Assembly (NCBI GenBank): GCA_964035545.1
Contig: OZ037767.1
Coordinates: forward strand, 17,886,259 to 17,950,258
DNA length: 64,000 nucleotides
From: Bugula neritina
Taxonomy: Eukaryota > Animalia > Bryozoa
Direction of reading: 5' to 3'
Within the stretch, counting starts at the first letter, position 1, and each line of letters opens with the position of its first letter. The notes beneath the pieces are model-generated. The model saw nothing but the letters and a program-made list of their open reading frames with translations. It was not told the DNA's origin and ran no database searches. This document shows positions 10,211 through 22,300 of this stretch, piece after piece. The translations under genes were made by a program, and so were the position numbers.

Positions 10211-10422
10211 ATACTGAAATACACTGTAACAAACTGAAATACACGGCAACACATTGGAATATACTGCAACATACCCTAATATATTGTAATATACTGAAAT
10301 ATACTGCAACATACCGCAACATACTGAAATACACTGTAACAAACTGAAATACACTGCAACACATTGGAATATACTGCAACATACCCTAATATATTGAAAT
10401 ATACTGAAATATACTGCAACAT
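10208..10422 (+). repeat. Satellite B, second segment (between LINE and element 2)
   Basis: 10208-10396 matches 6068-6256 base for base by eye and continues the 110-bp sub-period. Confidence 0.95.
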
Positions 10423-11986
10423 CACAGCATAGTTAAGGTCATCCCCAGTGAAATATCATCTCATAATCTAGTCTCAGTTCCTAGTTGCTATTGCTCTGTG
10501 GGCGGCATGCGTGTTGCCTACTTGTCATAATTTAGCATGAGGTTGAACAATTGCCAACAGACCATCAAAGTAGCTAGGGCTGCACCTGTTCATATTACAA
10601 CCATCGCTACAACAATCTATTGAGCAAGTATGTGGTCATGGCAAGCCTCAGCATCACCTCATTATTATTATTATTACAACAAACCAGTGGTTCGTTTCAT
10701 GTGCAATGTACTTGATGTACAAAGGAAGATAATTTTTGTAACTTCTTTTTCAACTAACCTTGTAAAACTCTTTCAGATTCAGATTCAAATGCTAAAGCTA
10801 ACTCAATATTTATCCATTTGCCTAGTCTAATAAAGTTGTTAATAATTACAGGCTTGACTACAACTTAACAAATAATTTAGAGATGCTCTTCTCTCAAAGC
10901 ATACTGTTTTTATGCTAGACTAATAATCTATCTATTCACTACCATTGACTAACTTAAAGCCAAAATTACCTTCACCATTAAAATCCTCTTCTAGTTGCAA
11001 AAACACTTCTCATTGCTAAACTATTACAATCAGTTACAGACTCTGCACAATAGTTTAGATTAGTGAAGAGACTTGCATATAGGTCAGATAGTCATGTGTG
11101 AGATTTTGTTGGTAGCTGTAAAGATCAGTTATGCAGACTTTTGTGTGGCCACTTTGAGTTTAGATGGTTTGGGTAAAGCATTTTATTGCTGCAAGTTTCT
11201 AATATAGCTAGTAGGTACTTTTGTGGTTCCATTGTACATTAGTATAAGCATTAATCAGCACTTATTGAAGTGAGTTGGAACTTGGAACTATATAAAAGGT
11301 TAGACCGTGAGCCTGTGCTTTAAATATATTCTATTCGCTCTCTGTTGTATACAGTCTAAACTTTAAAAGGTCCATTCAACCTTAAATTGCTACTAGCTAA
11401 ATGTCCAAAAATTGGCTATGAGCTGTATCTTGCTGCCTTGCACTGAGAAATAAATTTGAGGCCAGCAAACAACTGGGCTCCTTTGTACTCCTGGCAGCTA
11501 CTATCAATAGTTGGTTATCATAGCTGCGCAGTGTTCACTCAAGCATGATATCATCGGCTTGCTGTATACCAACTCAGAGCCAAGATTATCAACTATTTTA
11601 TGTTTCTAAATTTAGCATCTAATAGAAAAAGCTGCGTCTAGTTAGACTGACTGACGCTATGCTTGCCTGAGTGAGAAATCCAAGATGAACAGTTTTAATC
11701 TTAGCTAGACAAGAATTGAGAATTTGAAGAGAAAACCTCCTTAAGATAAAAGAAGATGTCAAGTGAATTTAGTTTTGTTTCCGGCCTGATAGGTGTCAGT
11801 TAATCAGCTCAGATATAACTAGCAATGCATTTTCCATTATTCTGATGCTGCAGTTATAATATTCCATAACAAGAATTGACTTAATAATTTAGGCATATGC
11901 ACCAAATTAACCAGTTTTATTCAAGTTAACACCAGATAGCCATTGCTAAAGATCAAAACGAAAATCAGTGTGGATTTTCAAACATA

Positions 11987-11992
<6 letters not shown>

Positions 11993-12042
<50 letters not shown>
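11993..12042. repeat. (TA)n microsatellite, ~25 units
   Basis: Pure TA run. Confidence 0.97.
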
Positions 12043-12045
<3 letters not shown>

Positions 12046-13687
12046 GTATGGTCAGGCATAGAAGTAGCAAGTTCAATAAATAATGCAAACATGCAGAAGG
12101 TGTAACAGCTGTGTACTTTTGTGAAGGAATAAGTCAGGGCTTTTTTATAGCAATACATCCTATAAGTATCTTACAAACATGGGGGAAATAATAGGTTAGT
12201 TCTCTAATTACTTTTCTTAAACATACATTACAATAGTGAATGTAAAAACCGATTTTGTAAAAAAGCAGAATCTATAAAAATTCAACCTGCAAAAGCCTAA
12301 CTAAAAGGCACATTGCTGGGGTGATTAGTCCTGTCAGTTATTAATAATTTTAGTTTTTATATCCGTTGATAAAAGTACTACTTTTGCAGGTAGATTCTTG
12401 ATATATAGGTGTCAGTTGTAGAGTATTATGCTTTTTAAACATAGAAATATATCGTCTTGCAAGAGTAGAGAATCTAAAGATCCTAAGAGCTGATGCTGAC
12501 ATAGAAAGGATGTGCTGAGTACACATGCTATAGCATTTCTTTGACAAAACCTAATCATCTAGTAGCCCACTTGTCTTTGGAACTCAATCTAAAAATATAA
12601 AAGGCAGTTTTCTCAATACATTGAAAAGTAATTTGCAACATTTTGAATTTGAATTAAATTGTTCATACACCACAGTTAGTACTAGAGTAGGCTAATCTAT
12701 ATTCTGTAAAATCTACCTATACGGTAATCAGATCAAAGCTGCCAGCTGGTAACTTTTTAAAAAACACAGCTCATAATTACAATTACTATTAGGTTGGATG
12801 CTCCCTTGAAATTGTATTTTTCAAATAATTTCTTAGTAGATATGATTGCCATGATGACTCCAATTCTTTTGAAACATATGCTTATAATGTATTTTAAGTT
12901 GGTCACTCACAGTAAATGTAGTTTGGTATGCAAGTAGTAGTTCAATGAGAGTTACTAAAGAGAAGATTTTTAGTGCAAAACTATATTTTCTATGAGCCTA
13001 CTCAACTACAGTACTCTAAATAATTGGAGAAAAAAAGTGAGTCAATAATAAATTTGGCTGTTTTTCTTACATAATGATAAAATGAACTCTGACAATTTTG
13101 ATCTAGTCTTACAGTCTTAGTAATAGTTCTACCATCAATGCATTCTTATTATACCATGCCTTTTTTATGAATATAAAACTCAATTTTGAAGTTTAGTTAT
13201 ACTATAATAATAATAATAATATGAATATGAATATAATATTAATAATAGATATAATACGCAGTATAGGTCTACTGTAATACTAATAGTACAACTATAGAAA
13301 TCCTATAAAATTAATAAAAAATAAATATAGGCTACTATTGCTTGAAAGCAATATGAAATATGCGAATTTGCTGAAGGAAGCAGTGGTACTCACTTACCCT
13401 TGAAGTTAAACTCTTAAAGTTAATCAAAGTACACTCTTTCATCCTAGGTTTGAGAGGTAAAAGACATTTTTCACTCCATTTTGAAATGATATTCCCACCG
13501 CCAGTTGGCAAGTTCACTTCACAGATTGCGTTTTAACATCGAATTTTTTATTTACCGAGCTAGCTTTTACTAGTAACATATCCAATCGGGCAAGATAAGT
13601 AACGCTTACAGCTACGTATGATATTATGCAGAGCAATTTGTTTGAGGACAGTGCACCGCAGCTGCGGAATGACTAGGGTAGGTTTTC

Positions 13688-14492
13688 GGGGGAGGGGGGG
13701 TGAATGTAAATTATAAACGTTCTATGTGCTTTTTTGAAAGCATTATGATAGCATACGCTTTAGTCATTTATATGTAAAATATAACCTATTGTTTTATAAA
13801 TTATAATTTACTTATTTATTTATTTTATTATTGTTTTAAAAACTTGATAAAACTTTGAACACCCCTCATAATACCACAACCACACTCCACTCCTTTAGTT
13901 ATAACCTAATTAGATTAGAAGTCACATCTTCAATACAAACAAGCTATTCCGATTGGGGGGGGGGAGGGGGTGAATGTAAATTATAAACGTTCTATGTGCT
14001 TTTATGAAAGCATTATGATAGCATATGCTTTAGTCATTTATATGTAAAATAAAACCTATTGTTTTATAAATTATAATTTACTTATTTATTTATTTTACTA
14101 TTGTTTTAAAAACTTGATAAAACTTTGAACACCCCCTCATAATACCACAATCCACTCCACTCCTTTAGTTATAACCTAATTAGATTAGAAGTCACATCTT
14201 CAATACAAACAAGCTATTCCGATTGGGGGGGGGGAGGGGGTGAATGTAAATTATAAACGTTCTATGTGCTTTTATGAAAGCATTATGATAGCATATGCTT
14301 TAGTCATTTATATGTAAAATAAAACCTATGGTTTTATAAATTATAATTTACTTATTTATTTATTTTACTATTGTTTTAAAAACTTGATAAAACTTTGAAC
14401 ACCCCTCATAATACCACAATCCACTCCACTCCTTTAGTTATAACCTAATTAGATTAGAAGTCACATCTTCAATACAAACAAGCTATTCCGAT
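13688..14492 (+). repeat. Tandem repeat, 3 x ~270 bp, each unit headed by a poly-G tract, inside element 2
   Basis: tgaatgtaaattataaacg recurs at 13701, 13971 and 14241; each unit ends aagctattccgat; the copies differ at only a few positions. Confidence 0.95.
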
Positions 14493-16020
14493 GTCTGCTG
14501 CTGTCATTAGCTTGAAACTGCAGTGAAGCTCTTATAACTGAGCTATATAGTAGGCTGAAAGTGCACTACCTATAGTTAGCTACCAATGTTATGAATTGGT
14601 GTAAGCAGTAAAGGAAATGAGTAGTATATGTGTACAGAAACTTGTACTCAAATGCTTATAGAACCCCATAGTTACGGTTATTTGAGATTCAGTCAGGTCC
14701 AAAAGAAATTGTGAAATTAAATACCCATTTATATTACATCATGCTGAATCTGGTCACATAATTGGCTATTTAAAGCTAATTGTAATTAAAACCATATTGC
14801 AATATAAAATGACCTGCCTAAGTTGCTCCTTATTGACGAGTAGTCTAGTTGGGCATTTAAGTTCAAACCATGAGCTCATTTCAGCTAAAAATAGCAGCAC
14901 CTTGTCACTGCCTATGAATGCTTGCATGGTCACTTGCCAGAGCCATTAGCAAAATGGCTTACTGCTATTGCAAGCCTGCTACATACAATCCTCCTACGTG
15001 CAAGCACTATTTATCAACCAGAAACTACTTATTTAATTGTAAGCTACCAGAATTTTAATACTATAATATTATAAAAAAAAGTTGTCTGGTAGGTGCGATA
15101 TAAGCAGAAAAGCTTAAACAGCCTAAATTCTTATTTTTTTTTAAGAAATTCTAATTTGGTAACATGTCGGAATTCTCTCTAAACTTCTTAAGCTGCATCT
15201 CACCGCCTGTAATAGGCCCAATAATACGAAATGCAAGGTTTAATTTCTCAATGCCCTCATCACTGCACATACCTCATACTTATTATACTTAGCTGATAAA
15301 ACTTTACTACTATTGTTGAAAGAAAGTTATGCAGTTACTATTCAATTGACTAAGAATTCTCTCCAACAATTTTGTAGATTCTGAAAAAAAAGTTAATGTT
15401 TTAAAAAAACAATACAGTGAGTTTGGTTACAGATATATTATTAGTATAATTTAGATTACTCTACAGAACAACAAATTTGCATTGAAACCACACACAAAAG
15501 GCATAAAATTTAGTGGCCTTAACTCTCACTAGCATCCTAAGATGTCTGGGTTATCATACAGGCTGTATTACTAAACTGCTTTGCACTAGAAAGAAACAAG
15601 TCAAAGCAAGAAATGTACGCAGGCTTCAGAAACTGCTTCATATAAATACAACTAAAATCTAGATTCAGGGTAGATTGCGCATTGTACAGCCTCGCGTCTA
15701 TATTCTATGGGCAGTACAACAATATTGCAACCACCAAGATTCCAACTACTAGCTACTGTAATAAAATAACCAGCCTCATACCGCGTTTTACTCATACCGC
15801 AGTTTACTGCAGAGATGAACTTTAACCCTTTGGTTTAGCGCGCACAACATGAATCGTAGGCCGCATTAGCTCCCTGTAATCATTATGATAGCTACAATGC
15901 AGCGCAGCTCTACCATGTTCAGCCAAGCGTGCAGACTAAGCGAGATGTAAAATTTTTAATAAAATCAGTGTATAAATTACACGTTTACACCAATTCTATT
16001 GAGGTTATCTGAAAACTTTA

Positions 16021-16292
16021 AAAAGCCTCTAATAGACAAATATCTTATAACACTATATTTTTATTTTTGCAGAGATTTGTTGCTTGGGAATTGAATAATT
16101 CGTGGGGCACTGAGACCATGTTTTTTTATGCGAAAATGGATTATTCTTGACTGTTTTTGGAGCATAAAAATGCAACGGGTTGAGTAGGTAGAGATTTTAA
16201 AAAAGCCTCGAATAGAGCAGCATAATATTTACAAGATGGTTTTTGATTTTTGATTCTAGTTTAAAATTAGTCGAGTTATGAGTGGGGCACTG
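16021..16292 (+). repeat. Diverged 180-bp subterminal direct repeat at the right end of element 2
   Basis: aaaagcctc(t/g)aataga at 16021 and 16201, and gtggggcactg at 16102 and 16282; both offsets are exactly 180 bp. Confidence 0.7.
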
Positions 16293-16362
16293 TTTCATAT
16301 ATAATTATAATGGAGCAATGAAATTACTGATTCAGTAGAAGGATGACCTTAATCAAGCTGCG

Positions 16363-19300
16363 ATACCGCAACATACTGAAATACACTGTAACAAACTGAA
16401 ACACACTGCAACACATTGGTATATACTGCAACATACCCAAATATATGGTAATATACTGAAATATACTGAAATACATTGTAAAACACTTAAAAATACTGCA
16501 ACATACTGAAAGACACTACAACTCACTGAAGTATAGTGTAATATACGGAAATGTACTGTAACATACTGATATTTACTGTAACACACTGAAATATACTGCA
16601 ACATACTGAAATACACTGTAACGTACCGAAATAAACTGCAACATACTGCAACATACTGAATTACACTGTAACATAATGAAATAAACTGCAACATACTGCA
16701 ACATACTGAAGCACACTGTAAAATATTGAAATACACTGCAAGACATTGGAATATACTGCAACACACTGAAATATACTGCAACACACTGAAATATACAGCA
16801 ACATACTGCAACATACTGAAATACACTGTACCATACTGCAACATACTGAAATACACACATTGGAATATACTGCAACACACTGAAATATACTGCAACATAC
16901 TGAAGTATACTGCAACATACTGTAACGTACTGAAACACTGCAACAAACTGCAACATACTGAAGTACACTGTACATATTGAAAAACACTGCAACACACTGA
17001 AATATACAGCAACACACTGAAATATACTGCAAAAATACTGAAATATACTTCGACATACTGCAACATACTGAAAGACACTACAACCCACTGAAGTATAGTG
17101 CAATATACAGAAATGTACTGTAACATACTGATATTTACTGTAACACACTGAAATATGCTGCAACATACTGAAATGCACTGTAACATGCCGGAATAAGCTG
17201 CAACATACTGCAACATACTGAAATAAACTGTAACATACTAAAATACCCTGCAACATACTAAAATACACTGCAACATTTTGCAACATACTTCAACATACTG
17301 AAATACACTGTAACATAATAAAATACACTGCAACACATTGAAACATACTGCAACAAACCCAAATATATTGTAATATACTGAAATATACTGCAACATACCG
17401 CAACATACTGAAAAACACTGTAACAAACTGAAATACGCTGCAACACATTGGAATATACTGCAACATACCCAAATAAATGGTAATATACTTAAATATACTG
17501 AAATACACTGTAACACATTGAAAAATACTGCAACATACTTAAATACACTACAACTCACTGAAGTATAGGGTAATATATGGAAATGTACTCTAACATACTG
17601 ATATTTACTGCAACACGCTGAAATATACTGCAACATACTGAAATACACTGTAACATACCAAAATAAACTGCAACATACTGCAACATAGTGAAATACACTG
17701 TAACATAATGAAATACACTGCAACACATTGAAATATACTGCAACATACTGAAATGTACTGCAACATACTGAAATACACTGCAACATATCGAAGTATATCG
17801 TAATATACGGACATGTACTGTAACATACTGAAACATACTGAAACATACTGAAAAATACTGAAAAATACTGAAACATACTGAAATACACTGCAACATACTA
17901 AAATACACTGCAACATTCTGCAACATACTTCAACATATTGGAATACACTGTAACATACTGAAATACACTGCGGCATACTGCAACATACTGAAGTACACTG
18001 TAAAATATTGAATTACACTGCAACACATTGGAACATACTGCAATACACTGAACTATACTGCAACAAACTGAAATATACTGCAACATACTGCAACATACTG
18101 AAATACACTGTAACATACTGTAACATACTGAAATACACTGCAACAAACTGCAACATACTGAAGACACTGAACATATTGAAAAACACTGCAACACACTGAA
18201 ATATACTGCAACACACTGAAATACACTGCAAAATACTGAAATATACTTCAACATACTGCAACATACTGAAAGACACTACAACTAACTGAAGTATAGTGCA
18301 ATATACAGAAATGTACTGTAACATACTGATATTTACTGTAACACACTTAATTATACTGCAACATACTGAAATACACTGCAACATACTAAAATACACTGCA
18401 ACATACTAAAATACACTGCAACATTCTGCAACATACTTCAACATACTGAAATACACTGTAACATAATGAAATACACTGCAACACAATGAAATATACTGCA
18501 ACAAACTGAAATATACTGCAACATACTGAAATGTAGTGCAACATACTGAAATACACTGCAACATATCGAAGTATATCGTAATATACGGACATGTACTGTA
18601 ACATACTGAAACACACTGAAACATACTGAAACATACTGAAACATACTGAAACATACTGAAATACACTGCAACATGCTGCAACATGCTGCAACATATTAAA
18701 GTACACTGTAACATATTGAAATACACTGCAACACATTGAAATATACCGCAACACACTGAAATATACTGCAACGCATCCAAGTACATCGTATTATACGGAC
18801 ATGTACTGTAACATACTGAAACATACTGAAACATGCTGAAACAAATTGAAATATACTGTAACACACTGAATAATACTGCAAAATGCTGAAATTTACTGTA
18901 ACACAGTGAAGTATACTGCAAAATTCTGAAATTTACTGTAACATACTGAAATTGGCCTCAACATACTCAAATATACTGCAAGATACTGCAACATACGTAA
19001 ATACACTGTAACATATTGAAATACACTGCAACATACTGCAACATACTGAAGTTCACTGTAAAATAATGAAATACACTGCAACACATTGGAATATACTGCA
19101 ACACACTGAAATATACTGCAACAAGCTAGAATACACTGCAACATTCTGCAACATACTTCAACATATTGAAATACACTGTGACATAATAGAATACACTGCA
19201 ACACATTGAAATATACTGCAACAAACCCAAATATATGATAATATACTGAAATAGACTGCAACATACCGCAACATACTGAAAAACACTGTAACAAACTGAA

Positions 19301-22300
19301 ATACGCTGCAACACATTTGAATATACTGCAACATACCCAAATAAATGGTAATATACTGAAATATACTGAAAAAAACTGTAACACACTGAAAAATACTGCA
19401 ACGTACTTAAAGACACTACAACTCACTGAAGTATAGAGTAATATATGGAAATGTACTGTAACATACTGACATTTACTGCGACACACTGAAATATACTGCA
19501 ACATACTGAAATACACTGTAACATACCAAAATAAACTGCAACATACTGCAACATAGTGAAATACACTGTAACATAATGAAATACACTGCAACACATTGAA
19601 ATATACTGCAACATACTGAAATGTACTGCAACATACTGAAATACACTGCAACATATCGAAGTATATCGTAATATACGGACATGTACTGTAACATACTGAA
19701 ACATACTGAAACATACTGAAACATACTGAAAAATACTGAAACATACTGAAATACACTGCAACATACTAAAATACACTGCAACATTCTGCAACATACTTCA
19801 ACATATTGGAATACACTGTAACATAATGAAGTACACTGCAACACATTGAAATATACCGCAAGACACTGAAATATACTGCAACACATCCAAGTACATCGTA
19901 ATATACGGACATGTAATGTAAGATACTAAAACATACTGAAACCTAGTGAAAAAAAATGAAATATACTGTAACACACTGAATAATAGTGCAACATGCCGAA
20001 ATATACTGTAAAACAGTGAAGTATACTGCAAAATTCTAAAACATACTGTAACATACTGAAACATGAGCAATATACTGAAAAAAGCCTCAACATACTCAAA
20101 TACACTGCAAGAAACTGCAACATACGTGAATACACTGTAACATACTGAAATACACTGCAGCATACTGCAACATACTGAAGTACACTGTAAAATATTGAAT
20201 TACACTGCAACACATTGGAATATACTGCAATACACTGAACTATACTGCAACAAACTGAAATATACTGCAACATACTGCAACATACTGAAATACACTGTAA
20301 CATACTGTAACATACTGAAATACACTGCAACAAACTGCAACATACTGAAGTACACTGTACATATTGAAAAACACTGCAACACACTGAAATATACTGCAAC
20401 ACACTGAAATACACTGCAAAATACTGAAATATACTTCAACATACTGCAACATACTGAAAGACACTACAACTAACTGAAGTATAGTGCAATATACAGAAAT
20501 GTACTGTAACATAATGATATTTACTGTAACACACTTAATTATACTGCAACATACTGAAATACACTGCAACATACTAAAATACACTGCAACATACTAAAAT
20601 ACACTGCAACATTCTGCAACATACTTCAACATACTGAAATACACTGTAACATAATGAAATACACTGCAACACAATGAAATATACTGCAACAAACTGAAAT
20701 ATACTGCAACATACTGAAATGTAGTGCAACATACTGAAATACACTGCAACATATCGAAGTATATCGTAATATACGGACATGTACTGTAACATACTGAAAC
20801 ACACTGAAACATACTGAAACATACTGAAACATACTGAAACATACTGAAATACACTGCAACATGCTGCAACATGCTGCAACATATTAAAGTACACTGTAAC
20901 ATATTGAAATACACTGCAACACATTGAAATATACCGCAACACACTGAAATATACTGCAACGCATCCGAGTACATCGTATTATACGGACATGTACTGTAAC
21001 ATACTGAAACATACTGAAACATGCTGAAACAAATTGAAATATACTGTAACACACTGAATAATACTGCAAAATGCTGAAATTTACTGTAACACAGTGAAGT
21101 ATACTGCAAAATTCTGAAATTTACTGTAACATACTGAAATTGGCCTCAACATACTCAAATATACTGCAAGATACTGCAACATACGTAAATACACTGTAAC
21201 ATATTGAAATACACTGCAACATACTGCAACATACTGAAGTTCACTGTAAAATAATGAAATACACTGCAACACATTGGAATATACTGCAACACAGTGAAAT
21301 ATACTGCAACATGCTAGAATACACTGCAACATTCTGCAACATACTTCAACATACTGAAATACACTGTGACATAATAAAATACACTGCAACACATTGAAAT
21401 ATACTGCAACAAACCCAAATATATGATAATATACTGAAATAGACTGCAACATACCGCAACATACTGAAAAACACTGTAACAAACTGAAATACGCTGCAAC
21501 ACATTTGAATATACTGCAACATACCCAAATAAATGGTAATATACTGAAATATACTGAAATACACTGTAACACATTGAAAAAAACTGCAACATACTTAAAG
21601 ACACTACAACTCACTGAAGTATAGAGTAATATATGGAAATGTACTGTAACATACTGACATTTACTGCAACACACTGAAATATACTGCAACATACTGAAAT
21701 ACACTGTGACATACCAAAATAAACTGCAACATACTGCAACATACTGAAATACACTGTAACATACTGAAATACACTGCAACAAACTGCAACATACTGAAGT
21801 ACACTGTACATATTGAAAATCACTGCAACACACTGAAATATACTGCACCACACTGAAATATACTGCAAAATACTGAAATATATTTCAACATACTGCAACA
21901 TACTGAAAGACACTACAACTAACTGAAGTATAGTGCAATATACAGAAATGTACTGTAACATACTGATATTTACTGTAACACACTTAAATATACTGCAACA
22001 TACTGAAATACACTGTAACATACCGAAATAAGCTGCAACATACTGCAACATACTGAAATACACTGCAACATACTAAAATACACTGCAACATACTAAAATA
22101 CACTGCAACATTCTGCAACATACTTCAACATACTGAAATACACCGTAACATAATGAAATACACTGCAACACATTGAAATATAGTGCGACAAACTGAAAAA
22201 TACTGCAACATACTGAAATGTACTGCAACATACTGAAATACACTGCAACATATCGAAGTATATCGTAATATACGGACATGTACTGTAACATACTGAAACA

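Larger units (their letters stand above)
10423..16362. mobile_element. Putative non-autonomous DNA transposon (element 2, 5940 bp), CACAG...CTGCG termini, 2-bp TSD (AT), CMC/EnSpm-like
   Basis: Imperfect 22-bp TIR: CACAGCATAGTTAAGGTCATCC (10423-10444) vs the reverse complement of the right end, CGCAGCTTGATTAAGGTCATCC (16341-16362); 18/22 match. AT is duplicated at 10421-10422 and 16363-16364. Removing the element and one AT gives actgcaacAT-accgcaacatactgaaatacactgtaacaaactg, the intact satellite unit seen at 6163-6206. Confidence 0.82.

Noticed and set aside
6068-10422. A ~225-bp giant TSD flanking the LINE
   Set aside because: Identity stops at 6256/10396, about 37 bp short of the LINE 5' junction, and several mismatches follow. 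A pre-existing 110/220-bp satellite periodicity plus a TSD of at most 6 bp explains it better.
11620-11800. Plus-strand frame KLRLVRLTDAMLA*VRNPR*TVLILARQELRI*RENLLKIKEDVK* with only TGA stops (CGA decay or alternative code?)
   Set aside because: Stop density is about that of random sequence, there is no recognisable homology, and the LINE ORFs give no sign of a non-standard code.
2376-12158. Short ORFs 2376-2579, 10630-10830 and 11946-12158
   Set aside because: They are 66-70 aa with no recognisable motifs, and one runs through the (TA)n microsatellite; this is compatible with chance in AT-rich DNA.
13688-14492. CRISPR-like array or LTRs
   Set aside because: The units are contiguous near-identical 270-mers with no unique spacers, no cas genes, no TG...CA ends and no PBS/PPT.
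1191-16352. Reading the elements as Kolobok/piggyBac-type with a TTAA TSD (TTAA|GGTCAT...ATGACC|TTAA)
   Set aside because: Conserved non-satellite sequence (CRCAG-N5) continues 10 bp outside each TTAA, and only excision at CACAG/CTGCG with an AT duplication restores the satellite. TTAA is therefore internal to the TIR.
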